64,000 bases of DNA, from NCBI GenBank assembly GCA_043228905.1, contig JBHGNT010000009.1, positions 5,766,001 to 5,830,000 on the forward strand, read 5' to 3'. Positions within the stretch are counted from its first letter, which is position 1, and each line of letters starts with the position of its first letter. Below are positions 49,816-62,053 of this stretch, piece after piece. Source of the DNA: Azolla caroliniana. Taxonomy: Eukaryota; Plantae; Polypodiophyta. The translations under genes and the position numbers were made by a program. The notes beneath the pieces are model-generated. The model had not been told where the DNA came from. It saw nothing but the letters and a program-made list of their open reading frames with translations, and searched no databases.

Positions 49816-50661
49816 ATGGTCGATGACGATCCGAACCTTCCCCCCCACAGGAGGCCTCCAGACACCTCCCCTCCTCCTCCTCCTCCTCCTCTCCTCCATC
49901 CCTCCTGCCCCTCCCCTCTTCTTCCTCCTCACCTCCTTCTCTGCATCCCGCCATCGCCCTCCCCGCTCTCAAAAACCTAAGAATACTCCCCGGAAGCAGC
50001 CCCAGAGAGGCCTTGGTGTCGCACAGCTTGAGAAGCTTCGTCTTCAAGAGCAACAGCAGCAACAAACAGCAGCAGCAGCAGCAGAAGGTCTTCTCATTCC
50101 CTGCTCATCAGAATCATCTTCTGCAGCAGATCCACCATAGCCAGACCTTCTTCATCGCCAACCCTCTCCTTCTCATCCTTCTTCCTCCTCCTCCTCCTCC
50201 TCTTTCAAACCTTATCGATGATATGATGAAAACTCCCCCTTCCTTCTCACTCTGATTAAACCGATGCTTCTTTCCCGACCTTCCATGGCGTAGCTCCAGC
50301 CGTCAGTAAATGTGCAGCAGAATTCGTTCATTCCCCTTGCGGGCATGGCGATGTCCAGCTCAAGACAGCATCCGCATCAGCAGAGCTTCACCTTACCATT
50401 GTTTCTATCCCAGCAGCATCAACAAGTAGTTATTAGCGATGACCGATCAATTGAGCAGAAGCATCAGAACTTCAACTTGCCGCCATTGTTTCTCTCTCAT
50501 CAGAAGTTACAGAAGCAAGAACAGGTAATTATCAGCGATGGTAGATCATCTACAATCGAATATCAACAGCAAAGCTTCAACTTACCATTGTTTCTCTCTC
50601 AGCAGGAACAGAACCAGCAGGTAATTGTTAGCGAAGGCGATCTTCTCCAACAGAAGCAACA
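49816..50661 (+). CDS. SPOROCYTELESS/NOZZLE-like (SPEAR/TIE family) transcriptional repressor, partial and frame-broken
   Basis: SPL motif KQPQRGLGVAQLEKLRL at ~49994-50044, followed by Q-rich sequence spread over several frames. The 3' end is lost in the N gap and the start codon is uncertain. Confidence 0.75.
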
Positions 50662-50761
50662 NNNNNNNNNNNNNNNNNNNNNNNNNNNNNNNNNNNNNNN
50701 NNNNNNNNNNNNNNNNNNNNNNNNNNNNNNNNNNNNNNNNNNNNNNNNNNNNNNNNNNNNN
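50662..50761. other. Assembly gap (100 N)
   Basis: Run of N. Confidence 1.
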
Positions 50762-51869
50762 ATGATGTGATTAGCATAGCATTGTATGTAGGGTTATGAT
50801 TTATAAAGGGAATAAAACCTGTTATATGCCCTCAGTATGCAATCACAATCCATGGTTGTAAAATCAGTATGCCAATCAAGTAAAGCTCATTGTTTTTCCC
50901 TTTTAAATGAGTAGCTATGTAAACTTTATGGGTATAAAATGACAAGTCTGTTGCTTGAAGCTGACAGGAAGTCATCTATCATTTTAGGTGATGTGATTAG
51001 CTTAGCATTTTATGTAGGATTATGATTTATAAAGGGAATAAAACCTGCTATATGCCCCCAATATGCGATCAGAATCCATGGTTGAGGGTGATATGCATGT
51101 GAAAGGTGATGATGGCAACCTCAAGAGGACCAACAATTGTTCAAAGCATTCCCTTCAATGGTGCAAGTTGGGCATTTTAAAACAGTACAAAAAAATGAAA
51201 GCTAAAACCCAAGCCATAAGAGCTACTAAGCATGTTTGGATCTATCATGAATTTAGTTCTATGGTCAAGTGGGCAAAAGTGTGTGGTTGCAATGTCTTCA
51301 TCCTTGTTGGGCATTCTTGAAAGCTATGCAACTTTGAATGAGCTCTTGAAAATCATGCATGACTATTATGTAAGGTGTTACAAAGTGGCATGTCCTTCTA
51401 TTTCTAGTATGAGGCAATGCAAGTCACACACACTCTTTTTCCCTTGAATATTCATTCACCGAAACCATAGTTTCTATGTTTATTGTTTGCGACTGTGTTT
51501 GCATCAATCCTTTTCATAAATGATTAAATAAGACTTGATATCAAAGGGGGGGGGGGATCCAATTAGATTTGTTTTCCTTTCATAAACATTTGTAACAAAA
51601 TTTCAATCTATAATTTTGTGCATGAGGGCATCTATATCAACATTCGAAACCTTGGTCATTGTTTTAATTTTGTGAACACACACTACTAGTAAAATGTCAC
51701 ACACTACTAGTAAAATGTCATAAAGACATGTGAGGACCCAAACCAATCCATCTATTGTAAGTGGAAGTTGGAAATCAATCTATTCTCTTGTAATAAATCC
51801 ACTCTATTACTGACTCTTTTCTTCTAATGGTATTTTATGGGCTTAGACTTAGCTTACAATTTGTAAGCT

Positions 51870-52470
51870 AGGTGGTTTCAGCTCAAACCAAACCAAACCA
51901 TGGCTTAACGGTTTATTGGTTCCAAAACAATTTAAGGGTTTGGTTTGGTTTAGATTTTCCATAAACGGTTCGGCTCAGTTCTAAAATTCGGGTTTATAGG
52001 TTTATAGGTTTGGTTTAAAGGTTTATAGGTTTTTGGTTAACTTTTAATTTACCTAAATAGTTTATTGATTTAATTAATTTAACCTAAATGTTTATTTAAT
52101 TTAATGGTTCAGTTAAAGTTTCTTTTATTGATTTAATAAAATTAACTTAAATGCTTATTTAATTTAATGTATTTTTCTTTATTTAGATGTTTAATTAGCT
52201 TGACTTAAGTAGTTAGGTTTAAATTTTTTATTAAATGGTTCGGTTTGGTTTCAACTTTTCCCTAACGGTTTGGTTTTAAATGGTTTGGTTTCAACCTTTC
52301 CCTAAACGGTTTGGTTTTAAATGGTTTGGTTTCAACTTTTTCTTAAACGTTTTGGTTTAAATACTGAGAGTTTATAAACAGTTTGGTTTGGTTTTTGTTT
52401 AAAATAAACGGTCCAGTTTCAATTTGGTTCTGTATCTTTGCCTTGAAACCGAACCGACCCGTGCCCATCG
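51870..52470. repeat. AT-rich element with GGTTTGGTT/AACCGAACC motifs (probable non-autonomous DNA-transposon remnant)
   Basis: Many GGTT(T/C)GGTT motifs and ~41-bp tandem units at 52230-52360. Confidence 0.5.
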
Positions 52471-52706
52471 CTACTTACAATGCCTTGTTATGGCCTATTT
52501 ACAACTTTTAGTCACACATATGAACCTTTTCTTGGGGAGGAAGGCATTGAAGATGAGCCTTAAGACATAAATGTAATGTCAAGACTAGCAAAATGCTCAA
52601 CGAGACAAATGCTATTGCTATGAAAAATGGTTAGCAAGAATGAGAAGCATCAAGCAAATCAATGTTACATCAAGTGACTACAACTAGTTAGAAAATGCTC
52701 AATAAG

Positions 52707-53140
52707 GAGACAAAATCAATGACAACTAGAACCTTGGTTAACAAGAACAAGAAGCATTATGCGAAGTAAAGTCACATCAAAGTGATTGCCACGGCTCTCA
52801 AACCACCCAAGAAGTAAGGAGCCTTTGCCAAAGTAGTTAAGCCTTAACCGGTTTAGGAATTGATTCGATTCAAGCTTGAGAAACTCCTAATCCGTTTAAG
52901 CCTTAACTGAGACAAAATCAATGACAACTAGAACCTTGGTTAACAAGAACAAGAAGCATTATGTGAAGCAACATCACATCAAAGTGACTTGCCACTGCTC
53001 ACACAGAGCACTTGAGAAGTAAGGAGCCTTTGCCAAACCGGTTCCGTTTTGCCCAACCGGTTAAGGCTTAACCGGTTTAAGGGTCGGTTCGGTTCAGGCT
53101 TGGAAAACTCGCCAAACCGGTTAGGCATTAACCGGTTTGT
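52707..53140 (+). repeat. ~200-bp direct duplication with AACCGGTT palindromes
   Basis: GAGACAAAATCAATGACAACTAGAACCTTGGTTAACAAG occurs at ~52707 and ~52909. Confidence 0.75.
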
Positions 53141-53896
53141 CTTGGGCAAGGCCAAACTGTTAACTAGAGTAGGTGGTTGGGTTAGGAGTTAACCGTGGTT
53201 CAGCTTCTCCCCGTCGGGAATGGATTCTCCACCACAATTGTGAGAGTACTGTGTGACAGACGAGACAGACAGACAGACACAGATAGACAGAGAGAGAGAG
53301 TCCACAGGAAACGCTGCCCTTCCTCCAGAAGTAGCGGATGCAGAAGGAGCTGCACAAATGCAGACGAAGCTTCACGGGAAATCAGAAAGAAGAAGCCTCC
53401 TGAGGACGTAGCTGAAGAAGAGGTAGATGAGACAGACGCTGAAGAAGAATCCCAAGAAAACTTCAAGCAGAAAAATCAGACGGAGCTTCAGGAAGCAAAA
53501 GTAGGAACAGAAGAGAAAGAAGCTTCCGGTGAACTCAGAAGAAGGAAAAGAAGAACAAGTTTCAAGCATAAGGAAGAAGTAGTGGTTGTAGAAGGCGGAT
53601 CGGGAGAAGGAGCGGTGTTACAATCTGGCAAATTACAGAAGAACCTGTTAGAAGGAGAAGGCGAAGTTTCAAGAGAAAGAATCAAGAAAAAAATTGAAGG
53701 AAAATAGAAACAGAAAAGTCGTCTGAGAACCTGAATCACATACGGTGAAACTACAGAAGAAGTAAGCAGGAGTAAGGAAAAGATGCGCATGGTTACTCAG
53801 AGGTGTTATTGCTCTTTGTGGATCATTTGTGTCCTGCCTCGTATCTGATGCGTTTTCTTTCTTCTGGTTAATCCTTTATTTTTTCCGAAGAAGATA

Positions 53897-56800
53897 ATGT
53901 ACTCATCACATGCTTTGCCCTCTCAAGGCTACAGCTTCATGTCCACCATAGCTGCACCTTTGGCTTCAGGTATCTCTTTCTGTCTCTCTGTGCATCATAG
54001 TAATCATCACCCTCTCTTTCTCTGTGCATTTCATCATGATGATCTACATTGGCATCATCATAGTCATCTCTTTCTGCTTTTCATGACGGAGATTGCAGGT
54101 ATCTTCTATGAACGGTTGCAGAAATTTTCTTTTTAGTAATGTAGATTAAGTTGATTCCTATGCTGGTAATGATCATAGTATACTTTACAGATCACATGTG
54201 CTGATTCTTGCTTCATGCTTCTTGCTTTTGATATTGTAGGATGCAGGTTGCATATAATCCATTGTGATTTCTATTCTTGTAAAGATCATTCTGTGCATAC
54301 TTTAGTTTTTTATAATGAAGGTTGAGCTTGCATATGCTGCATCCGTAGAATGAACCATACGTATCATACGTGCATTTGCATTCTAGAATGATTCAATCAA
54401 ACATGTATAGTAAATCATCTCAAAGTTGGATTGGATTTATAAGTTCAGAAAAAAAATAAAGATTGGAATTTTAAAAAAATGACTATAGTCTATATTATAA
54501 ATTGTTTGAATCAAATGTCAACACAATTGAAAGCTCAAAACTTAGGAATTACTTAATTACTAAACATTAGAAAGCACGAACATAAAAATCAAATAATTCA
54601 AAGACATAATTGTATTGATGACGAGCTCATCTTGCAATTATCGATTTTCTCATCTTGCAACTAGTGAAGGTATCAATTTCTTCACTTTAGAACTTTACAG
54701 AAAAATGAGTATGAACTATAGAGATTGAATCAAAATATGTCATTATAAATTATAATCAAACGTTCAAAAACTCATAAAACGTATATTCGAGAATATGAAG
54801 AAAACATGACACTACCATAAAACTTTACTATGACATGACACTAAAGATAGAGAGAGAGAGAGAGGGAGGGAGAAATTTGGGATTTGAACCCAAGACATAG
54901 ATGATAGCAGCACAACAACTTACCACTAGGGTGGGCTAATCTCTAATAATAAAAAAGGAACATGCATTTTTCCCTTTTCAAACGTGTTCATTTTCAAACG
55001 TTTGTATGTTTGCACGAACACGTTTATTATGTTCTGTGGCTGCATCATAATCTGTGTTCTTGTAAAAATCATCATGTGCAGACTTTTGTTTCTATAACAA
55101 AGATTTCAGTTTGCTTGTGATGCAACACAATTTTCGTTATTCTGAAGGTCATCATGTCCAGGCGTCTGTTTTTTTTTTGCAGTGAAGATTTTTAGCTATC
55201 ATATGATAGGCATCACAGTTAATGTTCTGATAAAGATCATAAATTGTTTCTATGTGCATCATCATGTTCAATGTAGATTTCTGGTTGAATATGATGCATC
55301 ACCATGCATGTTCTTGTCAATATGATAGATTAATTTCCTGCATGTAGAATTTCACCTACTGGATTGTTTGTTTGTGGATTGCAGCTAACATGTGATATCT
55401 CATGATTTATGTCTGGTTATAAAGATCATAATGTGCCAGCTTTTGGTTTCTGCACTCTCTTTTTACAATGTAGATTGTCGATGTTCTTGTAAAAATTATA
55501 ATTTGTTTCTGTGCACATATATTGCTTTCTGTTTTTTCCGTTTACAGTTTAGATCACAGGTTTCATAGGATGCATCATGATTTGTGTGATATTTATTTGT
55601 TTCTGCAATGCATCGTTATTCTGACTGCTCTTGTATTAGCTAATGATGTCTCTGATTTTTCATTTCGATAACTTGATCTATGAATGACATTTGCTTTTGC
55701 AATGTATTCATAGGATGCATGCTGACTCATGTTCTTGGAATAACAATTATGAGCTCTCTGTTTTTCTTTCTGTATAACTTGCATTTGTTAGTGTAATCCT
55801 TTTCAACATTTGCTTTTTAGAATGCATCATGATTCATGTTCTTATAATTAATGATGATGATCTCTCAGACTTTTTTTATTTTGCACAAACTGATTTTTGT
55901 AGCATATCTGTCGCGAATCAACATGGAACAAGTCAGCTCTAAATTGAGAAATGCGGTCATTTAATGTTTGTCTCCTTTATTTCCAACTTTTGCTGTGGCA
56001 AAGAGATTGTCCATTAGAGTGTAGCCCTGTCTGCTTCACTTATGCTTAGCACAATTTTTCTGGGCCTGAGAGCATGGAGGTTCTACATGCATATCAAACT
56101 GGCATTTTCAGAAATCAACTGTAATCATCATTCAAGGCCATAAAGCCTGAAGAAAACCTTAAAATAATCTCTATCAGTTTTGTGCTATTTAATTTTATGA
56201 TATCGGCTCTTCTATCTTGACAGTGTTTTTGTTCTAATATTGTGTTTACTTTAAGGACATCAACATTGCTATAGTATCTGTATTGCATTTACAATATTTC
56301 TGCTCTTGTATATTATCTGCTACTATTATTTTCCAGGGAAAAACCCCAAAATGTCTGTAAAGTTTTGGTATTTTCCTAATATCCCTGGTCAACCCTTGAC
56401 AAAAAATGGGGATGGATTGACCATATAATTGCTCTAAAGTTGGTTGACCAATAGCATTTCGGGAAATAATGAAAATTTAGTGCATTTGGGAAAATAAAGA
56501 ACGTTTTTTAATCCTGTGATCTACTATGGGAATGAATCAAGAATGTTTATTGTAATTTGCTTTGATTTATCAGGACCTACGTGTCTTCTCAACTCATTGC
56601 TTAAGTTCGGCTCTCCTGGTGAAAAGGGAGTATTTGGTATCAAGTTATGTTCCCCTAAACAGGGATGTGAACTTCTGAAGTCAAGAATTGTATTCTCTGT
56701 TGGAAACATTGTGAATGCAAAACAATCCTCATGGCACGATGTATGCAAGAATTTCCGAACAGGGAGACCAATTCTGGAGTCATCAAAAAATGCCACAGCG

Positions 56801-59800
56801 CAATCCAATGATTATAATACTTCAGAAGATGTAGAAACCAAAAATCCCACTAATAAAGAAAAGTCTCCTAAGGTGGCTTTTTTCGATGTTGATGGCACTA
56901 TTACTCGGACCAATGTGGTCTTAGCTTACTACACACATCGTATAACTGAACTTCCCTTCATTATCAGACTACTCTGGGTGCCCTGGTTCGCTATCACGTG
57001 TATCTTCTATCTTATTGTGGACTCAGTTAACCGGGCTGTCTTCAACAGGATATTTTACCTCAGCTATAGAGGAAGGCCAGTGCAATCCAAAACGAAAATG
57101 GCAGATTTTATTTACAAAAAATACTATCGTCCTAGGTAAGTGAAATAAATCTGCACCTGATTTTAGCATAACTTCCAAAGTTGCAAATCTTATTTTTCAA
57201 TTTCATTCTTGTTAATCTTTGATAGATATTGGTTGACCTAGGTATTGTAATGAAATTATGAACGGGTCATGATGTATAAGTTGAATAGAAATTTCTAGAT
57301 AGTTATAGTAGTTATCTTTGTTTATGGTTTACTCGCATGTCGTTTCCATTTGATTATAGTCTGAGAATACATAAATTAATCTACTTGAATGACGGTTTTT
57401 CGGGACAAACTTACTGGAAGGTTACCCATCCCAGAACTGCCACTGTGCTTGCACTCTTAACAGGATGATTCCCCATTTTGCTCTTGCCATCCACACCCCA
57501 AAACCTCTAGGCATTAGAGAGTTCCAGTCTAATCAACTTGAGACAACTTCACAACTTGGCTTCACCATACACATCTGATTTCTCCTCCTGGGCTGCCAAA
57601 TCAATCCTCTCAACAAGAGGGTGCATTATGCTTGATTCAAGGGTTGAACTACCTTCAGCTTGACTCAGAAGCATAGGCATAGTTAACTCAGTCCTGCTAA
57701 ATAAAGGGTGTACTGTGTTTGGTGCAAGGGCTGAACAACCCTCACAGTTTGGTCCAAAGACATAGACATCAACTAGCAGTTGAAGATTCAACCTTCCTCT
57801 GATACCTGGGAGGTCACCTATCCAGTACTGTCTCTTGCATGAGCACTTAGCAACAAGGTTTCCAACATAAAATATAGTAAAGTTGTAAAGAAATAAAACT
57901 AGAAGCGTAATAATCTTTCTATTCAAATTTACACATACATAATCTAGTGTCACTACAACAATGAAAATTGAATCGGCTTAATGTTCAGGACTTATTGTAT
58001 ATGTGCTTAACTTTTGTTGCAATGACTTCATGCAGAATTTTCTCAGGTGCAGTCGAACTTATTCAGAAGCTAAAATATGAGGGCTATCAAATTGTCTTTG
58101 TTACTGGATGCTTGGATTTTCTTATAGCTCCCCTAGCAAAAGAACTCGGTGCAGGTACAATTCTGTTTATGAACTATGAAATATGAATCATGTGGGGTTG
58201 CCTATTTATGTCACATGCTAGCAGTTTGGGCCATCTAGTGTACCAACAGGATTGTTGCCTGAATAAAGTAACTCCATGACAGTAATGCATAGTGTGATCT
58301 CTAACATCACAGAGGTTTGAAAACAAAGTCGTTGGGATTGCAACACGAAATCTGTGATGCCTTAATATGGTGTGTAATAGCTGCAGGATAACTCCGTTTT
58401 TCTCTTTCCATGATTGAGCAGGAGCATTTGGAAAATAACAAAAACCTTAGGGGGCATTTGGGGAAATTTCTGAAACTTTTGGGGTATTTTCCAGCTTTTT
58501 CCTTCATTACATTAGAGGTAAAGCCCATATCTTGTGAATCTATTAATGATGGCACCAAAAGGCAACCTGTTAAGGGGCTAGACCTTCCTCTTGAACCTCA
58601 CCATGCCCACATTGTATATGCATATGTGCACCTCCATGTGTAGACTCTAATGTTATCCTGAGGTGTTCTGACAAAAGCCAAGGCTCAAAAGGCAATAATC
58701 TTGTTTTTTACATCTTTTTTCTGATTTGGTTTCTCAGCATTAAGGCCTCAAATTGGGATCAATTTGGTCTGAAAGTTGTGACTACTCAGTGTACTGAGGT
58801 CCAATATAATTATTAGCTTGTGAAAGGCTCTAAAATTTTTACTCATTGATGTCCCTAGACCCTATATTATAATGATTACAGCAATTTGATCACATTTTCA
58901 GCATGAAGTATCAATTTGGCGTGAAACTTTTTGTTACGGAGATTACAGAGATCCAAGATAATAAACACCCTGTGCTATAATAATTACAGATGTTATTACA
59001 TATTTTTAGAATCTGTGTTGTAATAATTACACCAAGTATAAACACTAACAAAAGCCGTTTGTAAATGCAGATTATGTATATGCAGCAGAACTAATTGAGA
59101 AGAATGGGAGGTCCATAACTACTCCTGTATTCACATTTTTTAAGAGTTTTTGGAAATCTAGCCATCTCTTTAAAACTATGAACTGATGATACATTTTTAT
59201 TGAGGCAGGTTTACAGGCAAACTCAAAGCCATGGCAGCAAGTAATGCAGAAAAAGCTGATCGGATTGCAGAGTATGCAAGAAAACATGGTGTTTCTTTAA
59301 AAGATAGCCTAGCATTTGGCGATAGTGTTGCAGATTTACCGATGCTTGAGAGTGTAAGTATATATTTCTCATCAACTGTGAAGAATCTCTACTTTCTTTT
59401 CGTGGCCCAGAAGATGAAAATAATTTCAACAATGCCACTCTAGTTTTTACCATAGCTTGCAAAGATGTCACAAATTGTTTATTTTTTTATTAAAGAGGCG
59501 CCACTTGGAGAAGTTTTATTATTTTGGTACTAGAGCCAAATATTTTCAACCAAATCATCACTAGCTGTCAATTGGCAACTAGGTAATCATGCAGAATTTT
59601 TTCGAGGCTATGATTCGGAATCTTCAAAGTCGATTAAATACCATGGATAAAATCAATTAATTGAATTTTACTGAAGTTATGGTTATAAGTTGAGTACTTT
59701 TAGGAATTACGATAAATTAGAGTATGGTAAATAAGATTGGTATTATTTTAATTCTCAAAATAACTTTAAATGATGTTGTAAATCTGATTTGTGCGAGGGA

Positions 59801-59927
59801 AAAACAGGTTGGACATCCACATGTGGTGAACCCAGATGCGCGTCTTCAACGGCTTGCTGAAAAGCGCGGGTGGCCGATCATCAATTGGGGTCTCGAACCA
59901 AGTTTAGCTTCTGCTGTTGCTGCCTAA
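53897..59927 (+). CDS. HAD-superfamily subfamily IB (SerB-like) hydrolase; exons 53897-53969, 56574-57135, 58036-58154, 59071-59110, 59209-59353, 59808-59927
   Basis: Motif I AFFDVDGT, motif II VTG, FTG...K, motif IV AFGDSVADLPML, and C-terminal VNPDARL..A..RGW. All five introns are GT-AG with matching phases. Exon 1 is the least certain. Confidence 0.9.
54876..54940 (-). other. tRNA-derived fragment (SINE head or tRNA pseudogene) in HAD intron 1
   Basis: Minus strand reads CTAGTGGTAAG (A box-like) ... GGGTTCAAATCCC (B box) with tRNA-like spacing. No full cloverleaf. Confidence 0.45.
57390..57867 (-). mobile_element. Cassandra-like TRIM remnant with two degenerate 5S rRNA-like domains
   Basis: 57412-57470 and 57805-57860 resemble the 5S box A-C region (GTTAAG..TGC....AGT.CTGG.ATGGGTGACCT). 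PBS-like GGTATCAGAG at 57806-57797. Confidence 0.6.
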
Positions 59928-60387
59928 TCATGTTTTGCAACAATGCTTTAATAATAACTTGTGCACACATAACTAGCCTTTTAGAGTTCAAACATGGTGG
60001 AAAACGCGTTGCAATTCATGTATAACTTGTTCATGCAACATGAACCATTTTTTTCCATATGAATCTCATTCATGCAACTAAAAAAGAACTTTTTCCCATG
60101 TAAACTTTGTTTGTGCAAACACTAAAGAAACTTTTCCTAGGTACATCAACTTGGGCCATATATTGCAGCTCATTTTAACAAACTTTTGTGTGTGTTGGTT
60201 GTGTGAATTGTCTAATTTATATCTTTTGAGAAAGTAAGCCAATTTTAAAGACAGACAACTTTTAAGGAATCATGATGTAAGTCTTTGCAATTATAAATCT
60301 GTGTCACAAAGATTTAGCTTTGAATTTCATCCATCTAATGTCAGTAGTAGATGATGATATAAAAGGCAAGCTTGAACTGTTTGGTCC

Positions 60388-60811
60388 CATGTCGGGTGTT
60401 TTGTATGACTTGAATGAAGGTGAGATAGATGCATTTAAACAATTGTATGCGAATTCAACATGTCGACTTGTTGAGTTTGATAATGAACCATATCATTCTC
60501 TGGACATAATGAAAAATAAAAGGTTCAGTCATGCCGAGTATTTCGTATGACTTGAGTGAAGGTGAGATGGATGCCTTGAAACAATTGTATGTGAATTCAA
60601 CATGTTGACCTGTTGAGTTTGATAATGAACCATATCATTCTCTCGACATACAAAAAATAAAAGGTTCAGTCATGTCGGGTATTTTGTATGACTTGAATGA
60701 AGGTGAGATACATGCATTGAAACAATTGTATGCAAATTCAACATGTCGACTTGTTGAGTTTGATAATGAACCATATCATTCTCTGGACATACAAAAAATA
60801 AAAGGTTCAGT
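60388..60811. repeat. Three tandem copies of a ~141-bp unit
   Basis: CATG(T/C)CG(G/A)GT...AAAAGGTTCAGT units start at ~60388, 60530 and 60671. Confidence 0.9.
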
Positions 60812-62053
60812 TCCGAAGAAGATTAGCTGCATTGGTAGAAAATCTTGAAGTTCACCATTTGATTGTGAATTGACGTAATAACAAAATCAAATCTACGATA
60901 GTTGATGCTGTAAGAACATTCCTAGAAAAGGTTTGCTTTCGTTCCTCACATTCAAGGTGCACATCTAGTTTCCTCTTAGATTTTAGCAGTTTTGTGTTCA
61001 CTCTTGCCGAGGTAAATTTTTTGGTTGAACCCATATCTGTATGAGATTTCTTAAAATGGATTTGTCTACTCCCAAGTTTGCCAAAGTAGATCTTTTGCCT
61101 CTTCACTTTGTATCACTCTTCAATACATCGTTATATGATATATTCACAATTTTGTTTATTTATTTATTTAAATCTTTTTCAATTACTTTGTTCATGATAA
61201 GACCTAGTTGTTCCTTGAATTATCTTAAGCTTTTCTTGGTACAAACCAATCTTTTTTTATTTTTTGTCTGCACCATGGAAATAAAAGGCATTTGAAGATT
61301 CATTTATGACCAGCTGGCAATACAAAAAACTTTCTTGGTGAGACCTAATACTAATCAGTATATAACTAACATGCTGAAAATATAACTAATGCTCGATGCT
61401 TTCTAGCCCTACAGGTACACGAGTCAAAAATCTGATTAGGTTTATAAGCAAAACATAAGGGGACTATGGCCCAACCTTTCTTTATACAACTAACACCTTG
61501 AAAAGTGTTCATTATTCGACAATGCATTTATGAATGACCAATGTTTTGTAGCCCTACAATTATTAGGATCCAAAGAGGTTGGTTTATATGCAATAATTTA
61601 AAGGGAGACACTTTATCAATCAATCAATTCAGGTTTGTCCTACCTGATAAAAGTTTAGCTACCTTACAACTACACTCACAAAACACTACATCAGCACCAA
61701 CTAAAAATTAACGTGGGGCTTGTATTATCCTTTACCCTTACAAGGTAATAAAACAGCACAAGCAGTAGTGAGGCTTTACTCTAAATTTTCTTACAAATAA
61801 CCTTTACATATGTCTTTCAAGTTGTGCTATTTTACATCAATAGTTTGGCATAATAGTACCATTTTGCTCTCCAAAGCCCTGCTACTCCAGTCAGAAGCAA
61901 AGGATGCATCAAAAGGTATACATGTTACAGAATGATAAATAAAAGAGTAGAATACATGGGAGAGCTCTTATAGTAAAACTTACATTCATGGCAAAGGTAC
62001 AAAAGATGTGGCACTATTAAATGATGAGTCATGTTTACTCTCCTGTCGCTCAA

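Noticed and set aside
49330-49826. ORFs with SLSL/ERER runs
   Set aside because: Translations of CT/GA microsatellites.
53970-53980. U12-type donor for HAD intron 1 (GTATCTCTTT)
   Set aside because: It departs from GTATCCTT and no TCCTTAAC branch site was seen near the acceptor.
57412-57860. Functional 5S rRNA genes
   Set aside because: Only the 3' half is present, it is heavily diverged, and there is no array.
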